A DNA stretch of 64,000 nucleotides from Mobula hypostoma (lineage: Eukaryota), in assembly GCF_963921235.1 (NCBI RefSeq), contig NC_086097.1, forward strand, positions 147,872,001-147,936,000, given 5' to 3'. The notes below the pieces were generated by a model. It made no database searches. It had not been told where the DNA came from and saw only the letters and a program-made list of their open reading frames with translations. Both the position numbers and the translations under genes were made by a program. Of this stretch, positions 1-11,078 are shown in pieces (positions within the stretch are counted from its first letter, which is position 1; each line of letters starts with the position of its first letter).

Positions 1-374
1 AATCCTATCTGATTTTCACTTTTGTGAAGTGATAGAACAACTCTTTCCAATCTTTTTCATAGCATCTTCTCTGGAGTCATTCAATCAATTTTTAATGTCA
101 AAATGTTTGTAGTCTAGGATATAGTTAACCACATAATCACTCTCTGCTTTATTATTACGTAGGGTAGGACACACTTGCCTAACACCACACTGTGTCATCA
201 GTGAATCACTAATGTGACTTTTTTCTACACTTACACATTTTATCTTGTGTTCCCCAAACTTACTACTACTTATCCAGAGAGTGTTTCTGCCTAAATGCTG
301 AGGATTTGATTCTTTCAACAGAAGCTGATGAATATCTGGAATATCCTACTGCAGGTCATGGAAGTACTTATATT

Positions 375-520
375 TTGTTAAAGATCAGGGAATGGAGGGT
401 TATATAAAACTGTCACAAAAGAGGCAATGAAACCTGAGGCAGACCCACCATGCTTGCTTGAATGGTGGCGAGGGCTAAGGGACTGACTGGCCTGCTCATG
501 CACCTGCTTTCTTATGTGCT
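375..520 (+). mobile_element. Old CR1 LINE 3' end
   Basis: Degenerate match to the CR1 3' terminus seen elsewhere in the window (gaatggtgg...aaggg...tggcctgctc...tttcttatg). Confidence 0.55.
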
Positions 521-1034
521 AGCTAACATGTCGTAACTTCTTTGATCCTGAATTCTAAATTCTAATCCTTTCTTAAATCTGTATGAGAAATTGTAGTCCA
601 TATGGAACCTCAAGTCTGGCACACAATTTAGTTTTATTGCTAATCCAGTTCATTATCAACTTTCTCTCCTGATCTTTGTGTCTTCCATTCTTTTTAGTGC
701 TTTATCATGTAAATGGATCTCAGCTTTGAACATACTCAGCAACTGAGCAGCCATAACCCTCTGTAGTGAAGAATTCTGAAAATGCTATACAGAAATTCTT
801 CATCATCTGACTATTGGGATGACCAAAGCCAACATCTTCAGTTCCCGTCACATGCAGTGTTCCTCAGCTATTGATTCCATCCTCTCCATGGCAATAGCGT
901 GAAACTGAACTGGACTGTGTGCAACTTTAGTATCATATTTGATCCCAAATTGAATTTTGCATCACGATTCCGTCATCTCTCAAATTCTTCTTTTTTTTTT
1001 GCATGTCATCTCACTCATTTCCCTGACTATAACC

Positions 1035-1254
1035 CCCTGAAACATGCACAAGAGACTGTAGACGCTGGAATCTGAAACAACAATGTGCTAGAGGAACTTA
1101 GAGTCATGCAGCATCTACCGGAGGAAAGAAATTGGTTAATGTTTTAGGTTGAAACATCAGACATGATGCAGGGTTTCAACTTTGAAATGTCAGTAAGTTC
1201 TTTCCTCCTACAGATGCTGCATGACCTGCTGAGTTCCTCCAGCACATTATTTTT
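1035..1254. mobile_element. Fold-back (palindromic) Penelope pseudo-LTR derivative, degenerate
   Basis: Arms tgtgctagaggaactt..catgcagcatct / agatgctgcatg..gagttcctccagcaca are reverse complements. Candidate TSD tgacta(ta/tt)acc at 1024-1034 and 1255-1265. Confidence 0.7.
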
Positions 1255-1626
1255 TGACTATTACCATTACACTTTTAGCCAGTTCCCTCATTTTATTTGC
1301 CATATCTTTGAGCACAACCAAATTGGCTTTCAATCCTAACTCTCACTAAGCCTCATTCACCCAAATAGTTGCTGAACCGTAAGAACTGACAGGTAGGCAA
1401 TCCTTTAATGTTTTAAACTGCTCCATAGCATTCTCCTATTCTTTGATCTGTCCACTTTCCAGTGAAGTGCCTCAGAGAAATTACCATATTAATGTTCTAA
1501 TATGAAGCTTATTCCGAAACTTTTATATATAACAAGTGGCTTTAGATAAGTCTGACAGAGTGAGAGTTGCCACTTCATGGTAAAATCTTTATAATATCAC
1601 ATTTATTAAAGCAGCAATCTGTAAGG

Positions 1627-1987
1627 TGGGAGGTGGGGTGGAGATATGTCTCCACCAAAGGAGATGTAAGGAGCACCTTCCTTCTGCTAGCCTGCAGGTC
1701 ACCCTTGGGTAAGGTGTAGCACCTGATCAGCCCCCTGATCAGAGTCATGTGGAGCCATGGGAGCAGGTGGTAGATGGTCATATGAGCAGCTGGTGTATAT
1801 CACAAGTCTTAGTTGACCACTGACACCAGGCAATCTCTGAAGAGTATTGATAATGGCTGGGGTCACCCATCTTGTAAAGACACTGCCCAGAAAAATGGCA
1901 GACCACTTAATTTGCCAAGAACAATCATGGTCATCGAAAGACCATGATAATCTATGTCGTACAACACGGCACATGATGATGATGAAG
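1627..1987 (+). mobile_element. Non-autonomous RTE-type retroposon (SINE-like, no recognisable tRNA head) with (TGA)n tail
   Basis: TSD ctgtaagg at 1619-1626 and 1991-1998. RTE/BovB-like 'aatggcagaccact..ttgccaagaa' motif and 3' tgatgatgatga tail. Confidence 0.7.
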
Positions 1988-2094
1988 AACCTGTAAGGAT
2001 GTGTTCCTATTTTTTTCATTATTCCTAAAGTATTAATTTATTCTCTACTTCAATTCCACAAGAGAAAACAAAACGTTTGCCAACTGTTTCAGAG

Positions 2095-2270
2095 AGACAC
2101 GAGATATTGCAGCTGTTGGAAATCTTGAGCAACACAGAATGCTGGAGAAACTTAGCGGGTTCAGGCAACATTTGTGGAGGGAAATAACCAGTTGATGCTT
2201 CAGTTCTGATGAAGGGTCTCAGCTTGAAAAGTTGAGTGTATATTTTCCTTTATAGTTGGTACCTGACCTT
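2095..2270. mobile_element. Penelope pseudo-LTR fold-back fragment with degenerate hammerhead motif
   Basis: cagttCTGATGAagggtctcagcttGAAAagttgagtg at 2201-2238, preceded by the inverted arm. Confidence 0.65.
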
Positions 2271-2275
2271 CGTTG

Positions 2276-4805
2276 TTAGAACATAGAAAATATACAGCGC
2301 ATTGCAGGCTCTTCAGCCCACCATGTTCTGTCGACTATGTAACCTATCTAGAAGCTGCCTAGATTTTTCCTGCCACTTAGTCCTCTATTTTTCTAAGCTC
2401 CAAGTATCTATCTGAGAGTCTCTTAAAAGACCCTATTGTATCCGCCTCTACCACCTTCACTGGCAGTGCATTCCACGCACCCACCACTCTGTGTGGAAAA
2501 ACTCACCTCTGACATCCCCCTTGTACCTATTTCCAAGCACCTTAAAACTATGCCCCTCGTGTTAACTATTTCAGCCCTGGAGAAAAAGCCTCTGGCGATA
2601 CACAGGATCAATGCCTCTCATCATCTTATACAGCTTTATCAGATCACCTCTCATCCCTCGTCGCTCCAAGGAGAAAAGGCCAAGTTCACTCAACCTATTC
2701 TCATAAGGCATGCTCTCCAATCCAGGCAAAATCCTTGTAAATCTCATCTGCACTCTCTATAGCATCCACATCCTTCCTGTAATGAGGTGACCACAACTGA
2801 ACACCGTACTCCAAGTGCAGTTTAACTATACTCCAAGTGGGATTTAACTTTTCTAGCTGTAACATTACCTCACGGTTCTTGAACTCAATCCCACGGTTCA
2901 TGAAAGCCAATGCACCCTACATCTTCTTACCAACACTGTCAACTTACACAGCAGCTTTGAGTGTCCTGTGGACATGGACCCCAAGATCTCACTGATCCTT
3001 ACGCTGCCAAGATTCTTACCATTAATCCTACCCACACCCAAGAACCTGAAACGTTGGTGGGGAGAAGACCCTGCTTGTTTTCTTTGTCAAGCACCTGCAT
3101 CACTAACACACATTTTAACAGGATGCACCACAAGCCTCACCTAGGGGCGGTACACTTGGCAGCATAACCAAGTTCTCAGACAGCTGGCATCAATCTTGGA
3201 GGAGAGGCGAATCACCACAAATGCTCTCCCACAAACATCGGCAGGAAATGTCCACATCACACGATTTGTACCGGCAGGCCAACCTCCAGAGCACCATATA
3301 ACATCACGGGATTGGAAAATGGATGTGGACTTGGAAAAAAAGCTTGTGTTTCCCCGAGACATTGCGGCTACAACACTCCGGCCAGACATGGTCCTGTGGT
3401 CCATAACTGCCAAACTGGCATATGTTGTGGAATTGACAGTACCATGGGAAGATGGTGTCGAAGAAGCTTATGAGAGGAAAAAGACCAAGTACTCTGAACT
3501 GGCAACTGAAGCTGCCCAGAATGGCTGGAAGACCAAGATTTGCCCTGTAGAAGTGGAAGGCAGGGGATTCGTTGCTACATCTATGACCAGTCTATTGAAG
3601 AAGATGGGGGTGAGAGGTCACTCCCTCCAACAAGCAATCAAGCCCTTGTTAAATGAAGCAGAAGAAAGCAGCAATTGGATTTGGATTAAAAGGAAAGACA
3701 ACAACTGGGCTGCAAGATGAAGACAGGAGGGTATGGAACTGAGGGTGATGTATCTGGGACACCAGGTAGCATCAGTGAGGCCTCTGGAGACATCGTGGGC
3801 CTATCAACAAAACGTCAAAGAAGGAGGGTGCCCACTTAATGACCCCGATAACATACCTACTCTCCCTTCTTGTCACCACTCCAAGCCCACTGCCAACATC
3901 GAGAGTGCCGACTTATCATGAGGATTGAAATATCTAATGGTTCTACATATTTTGTCTTCAAATTTGACCGACCGAGATGAACCACTTAACACTTATCTGG
4001 GTTGAACTTCATCTGTCACTTCTCAGCCCAGTTCTGCATCCTATCGATGTCCTGATGTAACCTTTGACAACCATCCAGACTATCCACAACACCCCCCAGC
4101 TTTTGTATCATCAGAAAACTTATGAACCCACCTTTCTACTTTCTCATCCGGATAATTTATAAAAATCACAAAGAGGACGGTTCCTGGAACAGATCCCTGG
4201 GGAACACCACTGGTCATCGTCCTCCATGTAGAGTATGAACCATCCACAATTGCCCTTTGCCTTATGTGGTCAAGCCAATTCTGGATCCACAAAGCAAAGT
4301 CTTCTTGGATCCCATGCCTCCTTGCTTTCTGAATGAGGCTCGCATGGGGAACCTTAACAAGTGCTTTACTGAAGTCCATATACACTACATCCACTGCTCT
4401 ACCTTCATCAATGTATTTTGTTACATCCTCAAAGAATTCAATCAGGTTCGTAAGGCATGACTTGCCCTTGACAAAGCCAGGCTGACTATCCCTAATCAGA
4501 TTATGTCTCTCCAACTGCTCATAAATCTTGCCTCTCAGGATCTTCTCCAACAACTTGCCTACCACTGAAGTAAGATTCACTGGTCTATAATTTTCTGAGT
4601 TATCTCTACTCCCTTTCTTGAACAAGGGAACAATGTTTGCAACCTTCCAATCCTCTGGTACTTCTCCCATCCCTATTGATGATGCAAAGATCATTGCCGG
4701 AGCCTCAGCAATCTTCTCCCTTGCTTCCCACAGTAGCCTGGGGTATATCTCGTCCGGTCCCGATGACTTAACTAATGTAATACCTTTCAAAAACTCCAGC
4801 ACATT
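2276..4805 (-). mobile_element. CR1-clade LINE, 5'-truncated (RT + 3' UTR), interrupted by a HERO insertion
   Basis: ORF 4080-4802 has CR1 RT motifs (NYRPVNLTSVVGKLLE, YMDFSKA, SGVPQGSV, KFSDDTK). ORFs 2423-2910 give the CR1 C-terminus (HLEYGVQLWSP, LERRGMRGDLI). Confidence 0.93.
3027..3943 (+). mobile_element. HERO/NeSL-type (restriction-like endonuclease) non-LTR retrotransposon 3' part
   Basis: CCHC knuckle CFLCQAPASLTHILTGC followed by GRYTWQHNQVL, then the RLE motif LRPDMVLWS...VVELTVPWE...YERKKTKY..VEVEGRGF (ORF 3196-3720) and a 3' UTR. The CR1 sequence resumes on both sides. Confidence 0.85.
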
Positions 4806-4949
4806 CTCAAGTGTTTCAGTCCATTTTAAGTTATCCCCACAATTGCCAAGGTGATCTTCACTGGTGAATATTGAATTCCTTCAGCACTTTGTGTGTTTTT
4901 TCAACTATATCTTTTTTTGCTTTGCTTATTGCATTGTGACTATGTAGAG

Positions 4950-6352
4950 CAGCCTTTCTCAACTTTTTTGCCCTGGAGGAACCCTTGAAATAATTTTCAA
5001 GTCTCAGAACACCTGCGTAAAAGTTATCATCTCTACAGCTCATAGTACATTAGCGTGATCAGTGAGTCATAGATAAAATAATCCAAAAATAATTGTCAGT
5101 GCTCTTTTGAGTAGAGAATGGATTTTTAGCCAACCTTTCTTGGAAAAATATCGGGTAGTTAAGCTTAGCTTACCTTTCTTGAAATTAATCTCTTTCCCTT
5201 TTATAAATTTTAAGAACTCATAAGGAAAATATAATAAACTTCTGTTAAATAACTGGCTTAAACCAAAATGGGATTTTATTTTTCTAAAGGTAGTTTCAGT
5301 ATATTTGATTTAAGTAAAGGTTGTAAATTGATTTTAGTTAACGCTACTTACAGCATGAAAATTTGACAATTTGAATAATAAAGTTACTAAAAACCATAAG
5401 CCAGAGCAATATGAATGAAAATATAGCCTAAGCCACAATTTTATACAAGACCTTGAGGAAACATTTTCTTATGAAGTGACATGATCAGGCTGAAATATAG
5501 GCCTGGCATGTGAAACCTGTGCTTGTTTTTTTGCTGCACAATACTCAATTCTGCACTGAACCTGCAATATGCACACAAGGTTTTCACCTTCGACTGAAAT
5601 GAGATCACCTCTATCCTTGCTTTTGATGTTTGTTAAACAAGAAAAAGCTTGCTCACACATGTAAGAAGTTGAAAACTGAGGCAAAATGTTCATTGCTTTC
5701 CTATGAATGGCAGGATACTCTTCTTTCACAGAAAGCCAGAACTTGCTTTGGGACAGATCAGTAGATCTCATCTTGAGTGCATAATCAAATAGCATCTCAC
5801 AAAGTTCTTCCTCTTCTCTCAGAGTCAAGTTCTCAGGCTGAGCAAAAGATTCAGAGAAAGTGTCCTTCACCCAGTCATACATTTGTGTTAAAAGAGAGGA
5901 AAAATATTGTTCAATTTTATTCTGCAGTACTTCCAGGTGGTTTTCAGAAAGTTTCAAGTCTTATTGATATCTTTCCTCACTCTCAAGCCCAAACAGCGGT
6001 GGAAACATTTCAAGATTTACTTTTGCAGCATAATTTTACCAAAGATTCAGTTTCTTTTCAAATCCAAGAATTTTGTCACTTGAAGTCAAAGCATTTCCTC
6101 CAGGCCCTTGAAGAGACTTCAACTGGTTCCTATGATGAAAAATGCCTGCTAAGTAGCCTAGTTTTTGCACCCGTTCTTCATCTTCAAAGTACTTAGCAAA
6201 ATCTAACATGATTGCTAACCGGTCTGCTTGGCCACTGCCCACCATCGTGATTGACAGTGTTGCACAAAGTTCAAAAAAGATTTTCTTTTTAAATCATGGT
6301 CTCTCACAGAACCCTGAGCAACCTCTGGCTGAACCCCAGTTGAGAAACCCTG
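4950..6352 (-). mobile_element. hAT (Charlie/Buster-type) DNA transposon, internally deleted
   Basis: TIRs cagcctttctcaac / gttgagaaaccctg and an imperfect 8-bp TSD atgtagag/aaatagag. The hAT C-terminal dimerisation domain FWLSVKEEYP..FSTSYMCEQAFS is in ORF 5469-5957. Confidence 0.85.
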
Positions 6353-6559
6353 AAATAGAGTATACAGAAGGACACTGAGTCAGTCAAGTCAGACTTGCAT
6401 TTGAGGTAGATGAAAAATTTGATTTATTTATCATATGTACATTGAGACAGTGAAACCGACAGTGAAATTTGTCGGTTTCTATTAATGGCCATCACGATCA
6501 GATCTGCTGGGCAATCCGCAAGTGTCATCGTGCTTCCAGCCGCGACGTATCATGCCCAC

Positions 6560-6732
6560 AACTTACTGATCCTAACTTGTACATCTTTGGAATCTGGGAA
6601 GAAACTGGAGGAAACCCATGTGGTCACTGGGAGGTCATACAATCTCCGTACAGATGACAGCAGGAATTGAACCCTGATCTTATACCTGGTGTTCTGAAGC
6701 TGTATGCTAGCTACTATGCTGCTGTGTCACCC
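6560..6732 (-). mobile_element. tRNA-derived SINE (elasmobranch HE1/V-SINE-like)
   Basis: Minus strand begins gggtgacacagcagcatagtagctagc with a B-box-like gggttcaattcc. Same family as 14283, 21930 and 52745. Confidence 0.65.
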
Positions 6733-7033
6733 ACAGTCATGAGGCTAACATATTTGTTAAGTTGTCACTGCAAAAAAAACTTTGAAAAAATTTCCTACAG
6801 GTCCAGCAGCACTCATGGTCATTCTTTCTAGTGTTGGTCCATATTTTAACAAAGAAATAAGATAGGCCATTTCAGGTTCATGCTTCAATTCTGTCATTCT
6901 GTTAATTATGAGTGATCTTTATCTAACTTTAATTTTACTTGCCTGGTTTCATGTTTCTGAAAGCCACAGTTTAACTGAAATCCAACAATCTCATTTTGAA
7001 ATTAATGTTTGAACCCCAACGGTATTTGGGGAA

Positions 7034-7185
7034 GAAACAACACAAAAAGTGCTGGAGAAGATTAACAAATATGGCAACTTCTCTGGAGGTAAATGTTGCA
7101 TGTCCATTTTCCTCCATTGATGCAGTCCGACATGCTTTCTGTGTTGCTCCAGATTGCAACATCTACAGTACATCTTGTGTCTCCA
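7034..7185. mobile_element. Degenerate Penelope pseudo-LTR fold-back fragment
   Basis: caacacaaaaagtgctggag arm and opposite tgtgttgctccagattgcaacatct arm. Confidence 0.5.
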
Positions 7186-7372
7186 GTTTTAAGGTTATGT
7201 CCCTTGATCTAGAGACCCCACAGTGATAAATTGTTTTTCACTAACTACACTTACTGATTATTGAAATTCATTTCACTACTTGGTGGTACTTTTTTCTGGT
7301 ATTTTGTCTTCATTGCTTGAACAATGTATATATGTTGTTTAAGTTATTTATTACTTTTTTATGCTTACACAG

Positions 7373-7529
7373 GTTTAAGTTCCTCATTCTCAGTGAAAAA
7401 CCCTTCAAGCAACAGACTAATCAATACAAGGTATAAAATAGTGAAGAAGAATGCAGGTTTCAATAATTTGACAACAAGCTCATCTGCTTTTTCCTGGAAG
7501 ACTAAAAAGGTCAACAACTCCTGTGTAAG
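7373..7529 (+). CDS. ZC3H3: Internal coding exon of zinc finger CCCH domain-containing protein 3 (157 bp, phase 1 in, phase 2 out)
   Basis: T-rich tract plus cacag acceptor (AG 7371-7372) and donor AG|gtaatc (GT 7530-7531). Peptide LSSSFSVKNPSSNRLINTRYKIVKKNAGFNNLTTSSSAFSWKTKKVNNSCVR resembles the ZC3H3 'TRYRIVKK...SWR' segment as I recall it. It splices in phase (AG+G=Arg) to the exon at 58204. Confidence 0.88.
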
Positions 7530-8914
7530 GTAATCTTATATTTCAAAACTAACTGTGTGTTTCTGACTTCATCAGATGCTGGTCCAATACTCTTTGAGTT
7601 AGAGACTTCAGTCGTACACATGACAAGACATAATTCTGCCTTGGTTGTACGTGTGTACTTTGTGTTGAACATCTCAATGACTATAAGGATGCAAGATCTC
7701 TTGCTGGTTTTTGTTTGCCTTGTTCCAGGGTAACAGTAGCCTATTGTGACTTAATCAATTGTGTTGCCTTAATCAAATCAACTCTGAAGGTTTTAATTCC
7801 TAATTGATTGCACAGAGCCATCAAAAGGACTTGTGCACCTAATCTTCATAATTCAATCTGATCCTTGACTTTTTCTTCTAAACTGTAGAGCTGACTAGTT
7901 GACTAGCTGACTAGTACCAAGTGAACATTTTTATACGCTGATTTCATTTTTTGTGGTTACATTTCCAATAAGAGATTTTGGTCAATTAAAAAGATATTTT
8001 GTTTTAAACAAAAATATACGAATCTGTTCAACCCATGATTCCTACTACTTCTTGGTTGTCTATATTATAGTTTGGTGATCTCTTTCTGTTTTTAATATTT
8101 TTAATACCCATTATAAATAATCCTAGCAATGTGATCAGACAGAAATGGCAGTTTTATTATTACTTCTAACTGAAGATGATGCATATACTAACATGTAGAT
8201 TATAAATTCTCAGTTCCTTATTGTGATTGCCACTTCAGCTATTGAATCTCTAAAACATTGCAATTGGGTGTTTTGGTCTTTCCAAATAGTGAGATCAACT
8301 TTTATCGGTACAAAATGGCACAAATGGCTGCTGATGCTGTAATCTGGAGCAAAAACCAAACTGCTGGAGGAGCTCAGTAGGTCAGGCTGCATATGTGTGG
8401 CAGATGGTCAAGATCCTGCATAAGTCTTGATGCACTCATGGTAGTCATTATAAATTCTGAGACTGCAGTCTCCTTTTGGAACACAATTATTAAATGTTCT
8501 TTAAAAATGAAAATACTAGTAATTTGGAAAAAAGGTTGTAAGATTTTATTTAAGCTATCTTTGTAGGCAAGGGCATTTCTAGATGTACAAACATTTCCAG
8601 TTGATCATGCATACCCAAACTACGTTATGCTGGCTTGAAGGGCCGAATGGCCTACTCCTGCACCTATTGTCTATTATTTTGTAGCACAGGTAGTCCATAG
8701 TGGAGACCAAATATCCAGTATTGTAAGGCCTTTACTGAATTGCAAAAGCATTTTACAGTTCCCAAATTTTCCATAGTTTAGTAAGATTACTTTGAAGCTA
8801 GATCGTAATTTAGTTTGCCGAATCAAATTATTTTAATCATATGAGTACCATTCATACCATGAAAGACACAAACTGAAGTAACAGCATGGCAACCAGTGTT
8901 GTTAAAAAAGTAAG

Positions 8915-9262
8915 TCTATAAGACCATAAGATAAAGGAGCAGAATTAGGCCATTTGGTCTATTGTGTCTGCTCCGCCATTTCTTCATGGCTAATCCATTT
9001 TTCCTCTTAGCCACAATCTCCTGCCTTCTCTTCATATCCCTTCATGCCTGACTAATCAAGAAATCTATAAATCTCTCTTGTCTTAAACATACATAAAGAC
9101 TTGGCCTCCACAGCTGCCTGTGGCAAGGAATTCTACAGGTTCACCATTCTGGCTAAAGAAATTCCTCCTCATCTCCATTCTAAGAGGATGCCCCTAGGCT
9201 GAAACTTTCCCACCATTGGAAACATCCTCTCCACATCCACTCTATCAAGGTCTTTCACCATT
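8915..9262 (-). mobile_element. CR1 LINE 3' end
   Basis: cataagaccataagat..ggagcagaattaggccatt tail repeat and 3' UTR, as at 14692 and 32555. Confidence 0.75.
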
Positions 9263-9599
9263 ATATAATATAAATACATTTTATTTGTTGTAATTTGTTG
9301 CGATTTGATTCACAATTTATGTTCACAATTGGGTGCTAATGTAGCAAGTGCTTTTGGTCATAATGATGAGCCTCATACAAGATAAACATACAACAACTGA
9401 TCACCAAAGATGCTGTGTATGGTACTTATGTAGTGCAATAGTCCGTTTACTGTAACGGGAATTAATTTAAAGTGAGTAAAATGTTTATGTTTATTATGTA
9501 GCATTTTCAACAATTTTGCCACATTAGTTTTGTGCATTGATTTGTTTTCTAGAGCAATCAGTAAAGTAGTGGTCTTGTTTATTTTGTTGATTTTTGATG

Positions 9600-10200
9600 G
9601 ATTTCCTGTTCCTCTGGTAATGTTTTTTTTGTTGGAATTTAGCATTCAGATACATTGAAGATGTTTTCTGTTCTCTATTGAGACATGATTTTGCTTTTAG
9701 TCCAATGACATACCGTGTTTATGATCATTTAGCTATTAAATCCTCTGGACTTGCTCATCAAACCAAAATTGTTGTTTTTTTGGTTGAGAAGCTTTGTAGT
9801 TTAACAGGTGGATATTATGTGGTTCTTCCGCCTGACGAGGTACTGTGGATGCTGTTTGATTCCTGCTTGCTAGAAGTTGTCAGGTTGTTTATGAGGAGCT
9901 TGCTTTGTTCCTGGGTCTTTGGGTCCTTTAGTATTAGTTTTCCTGTGGCAGCGTTTTTGTCACCACCTCTTTTTAGGAATGGAGATGATTACTGACCCAG
10001 CCGCAGAGTAATCAATGGTGGTATAAGTAATAAAGTCACCACGCAATCTGTCATTCAGATGGTGACATAATCTAGTAGATGCCTCTGCTCTATCTGAAAT
10101 CTTCTGCCTGTTTCTTTGATGAAATAAGGTGCTGAATTTGACAGAGCCGTATTGCAAGACTTTTGTGGGGAGAAGGACCACGACTAAACTTGGTTTTCCT
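9600..10200 (-). mobile_element. Ancient RTE-clade LINE fragment (endonuclease C-terminus/linker)
   Basis: Minus-strand remnants LFHQRNRQK..., LLDYVTI and WFDEQ resemble RTE ORF motifs. Heavily frameshifted. Confidence 0.45.
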
Positions 10201-10629
10201 TACTACTTTTTGCTTATCATATCATTCAGAATTTCAAGCCACCCACTTAATATCCTTAAGCACTGGCAAAACCATCAAACCCAAAGGCCAACCTTACTGA
10301 TATCCAAGAATGGGTAAGGAGGAATTAAATAGATTGGCCTATGCTCTCAAGAATTTAGAAGACTGAGAGGTCATCTCATTATTGTACAAAGGTCTTACAG
10401 GTTTGGTAAGGTAGATGCATTCTTGTGGTTCCATTGGCTCTTGAAACAGATGGCACAGTCTCAAATTAAAGTGTCAACCACTCAAGGCAAGCAATTTCTT
10501 CACACAAAGAAGAGTGTATCTTTGGAATTATCTACCCAAATGGCTTGCATAAGCTTGGCCAGTGAGTATTGTTCATAACACAGACGGACAGACTTTTATA
10601 TATGAAGTTAGTGAGGAGAAATGATGAAA

Positions 10630-11078
10630 TTAGAGCCTAATGGCTGAGGGTAAGAATGATCTTGTATAGCGCTCTTCGGAGCAGCACAGTTGTCTTAGTC
10701 TGCTACTGAAATTGCTCCTCTGTTCAATCAAGGTGGCATGCAGAGGGTAAGAAACATTGTCAAGAATTACCAGGATTTTCTGTAGGGTTCTTTGTTGTAC
10801 CACAGCTTCCAGTCTGTCTAGTTTGACTCCTAAAGCAGAGCCAACCCTTCTAATCAGTTTATAGAGGCTGCTGGCATTGCCTGTGTTAATGCCATTGCCT
10901 GAGCACGCTGCATAGAAGATTATACTGGCAACAACGGGCTGGTAGAACATGTGAAAGAGAAGTCTGCATATTCCAAAGGACTTCAGTCTCCTCAAGAAGT
11001 AGAGGTAACCTTGGCCCTTTTTGTACACAACTTCTCTATTGGTGTTCCACTCAAATCTGTCATCTAGGTGCACCCCCA
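10630..11078 (-). mobile_element. Rex1/Babar LINE 3' coding end
   Basis: LGVHLDDRFEW..KKGQGYLYFLRRLKSF..RSFLPSAIRL (ORF 10630-11139). Confidence 0.85.

Noticed and set aside
3780..3830. Hammerhead-like string in the HERO 3' UTR (ctggaga..aaaacgtc)
   Set aside because: The core deviates (CUGGAGA, no GAAA) and stems II and I are unconvincing.
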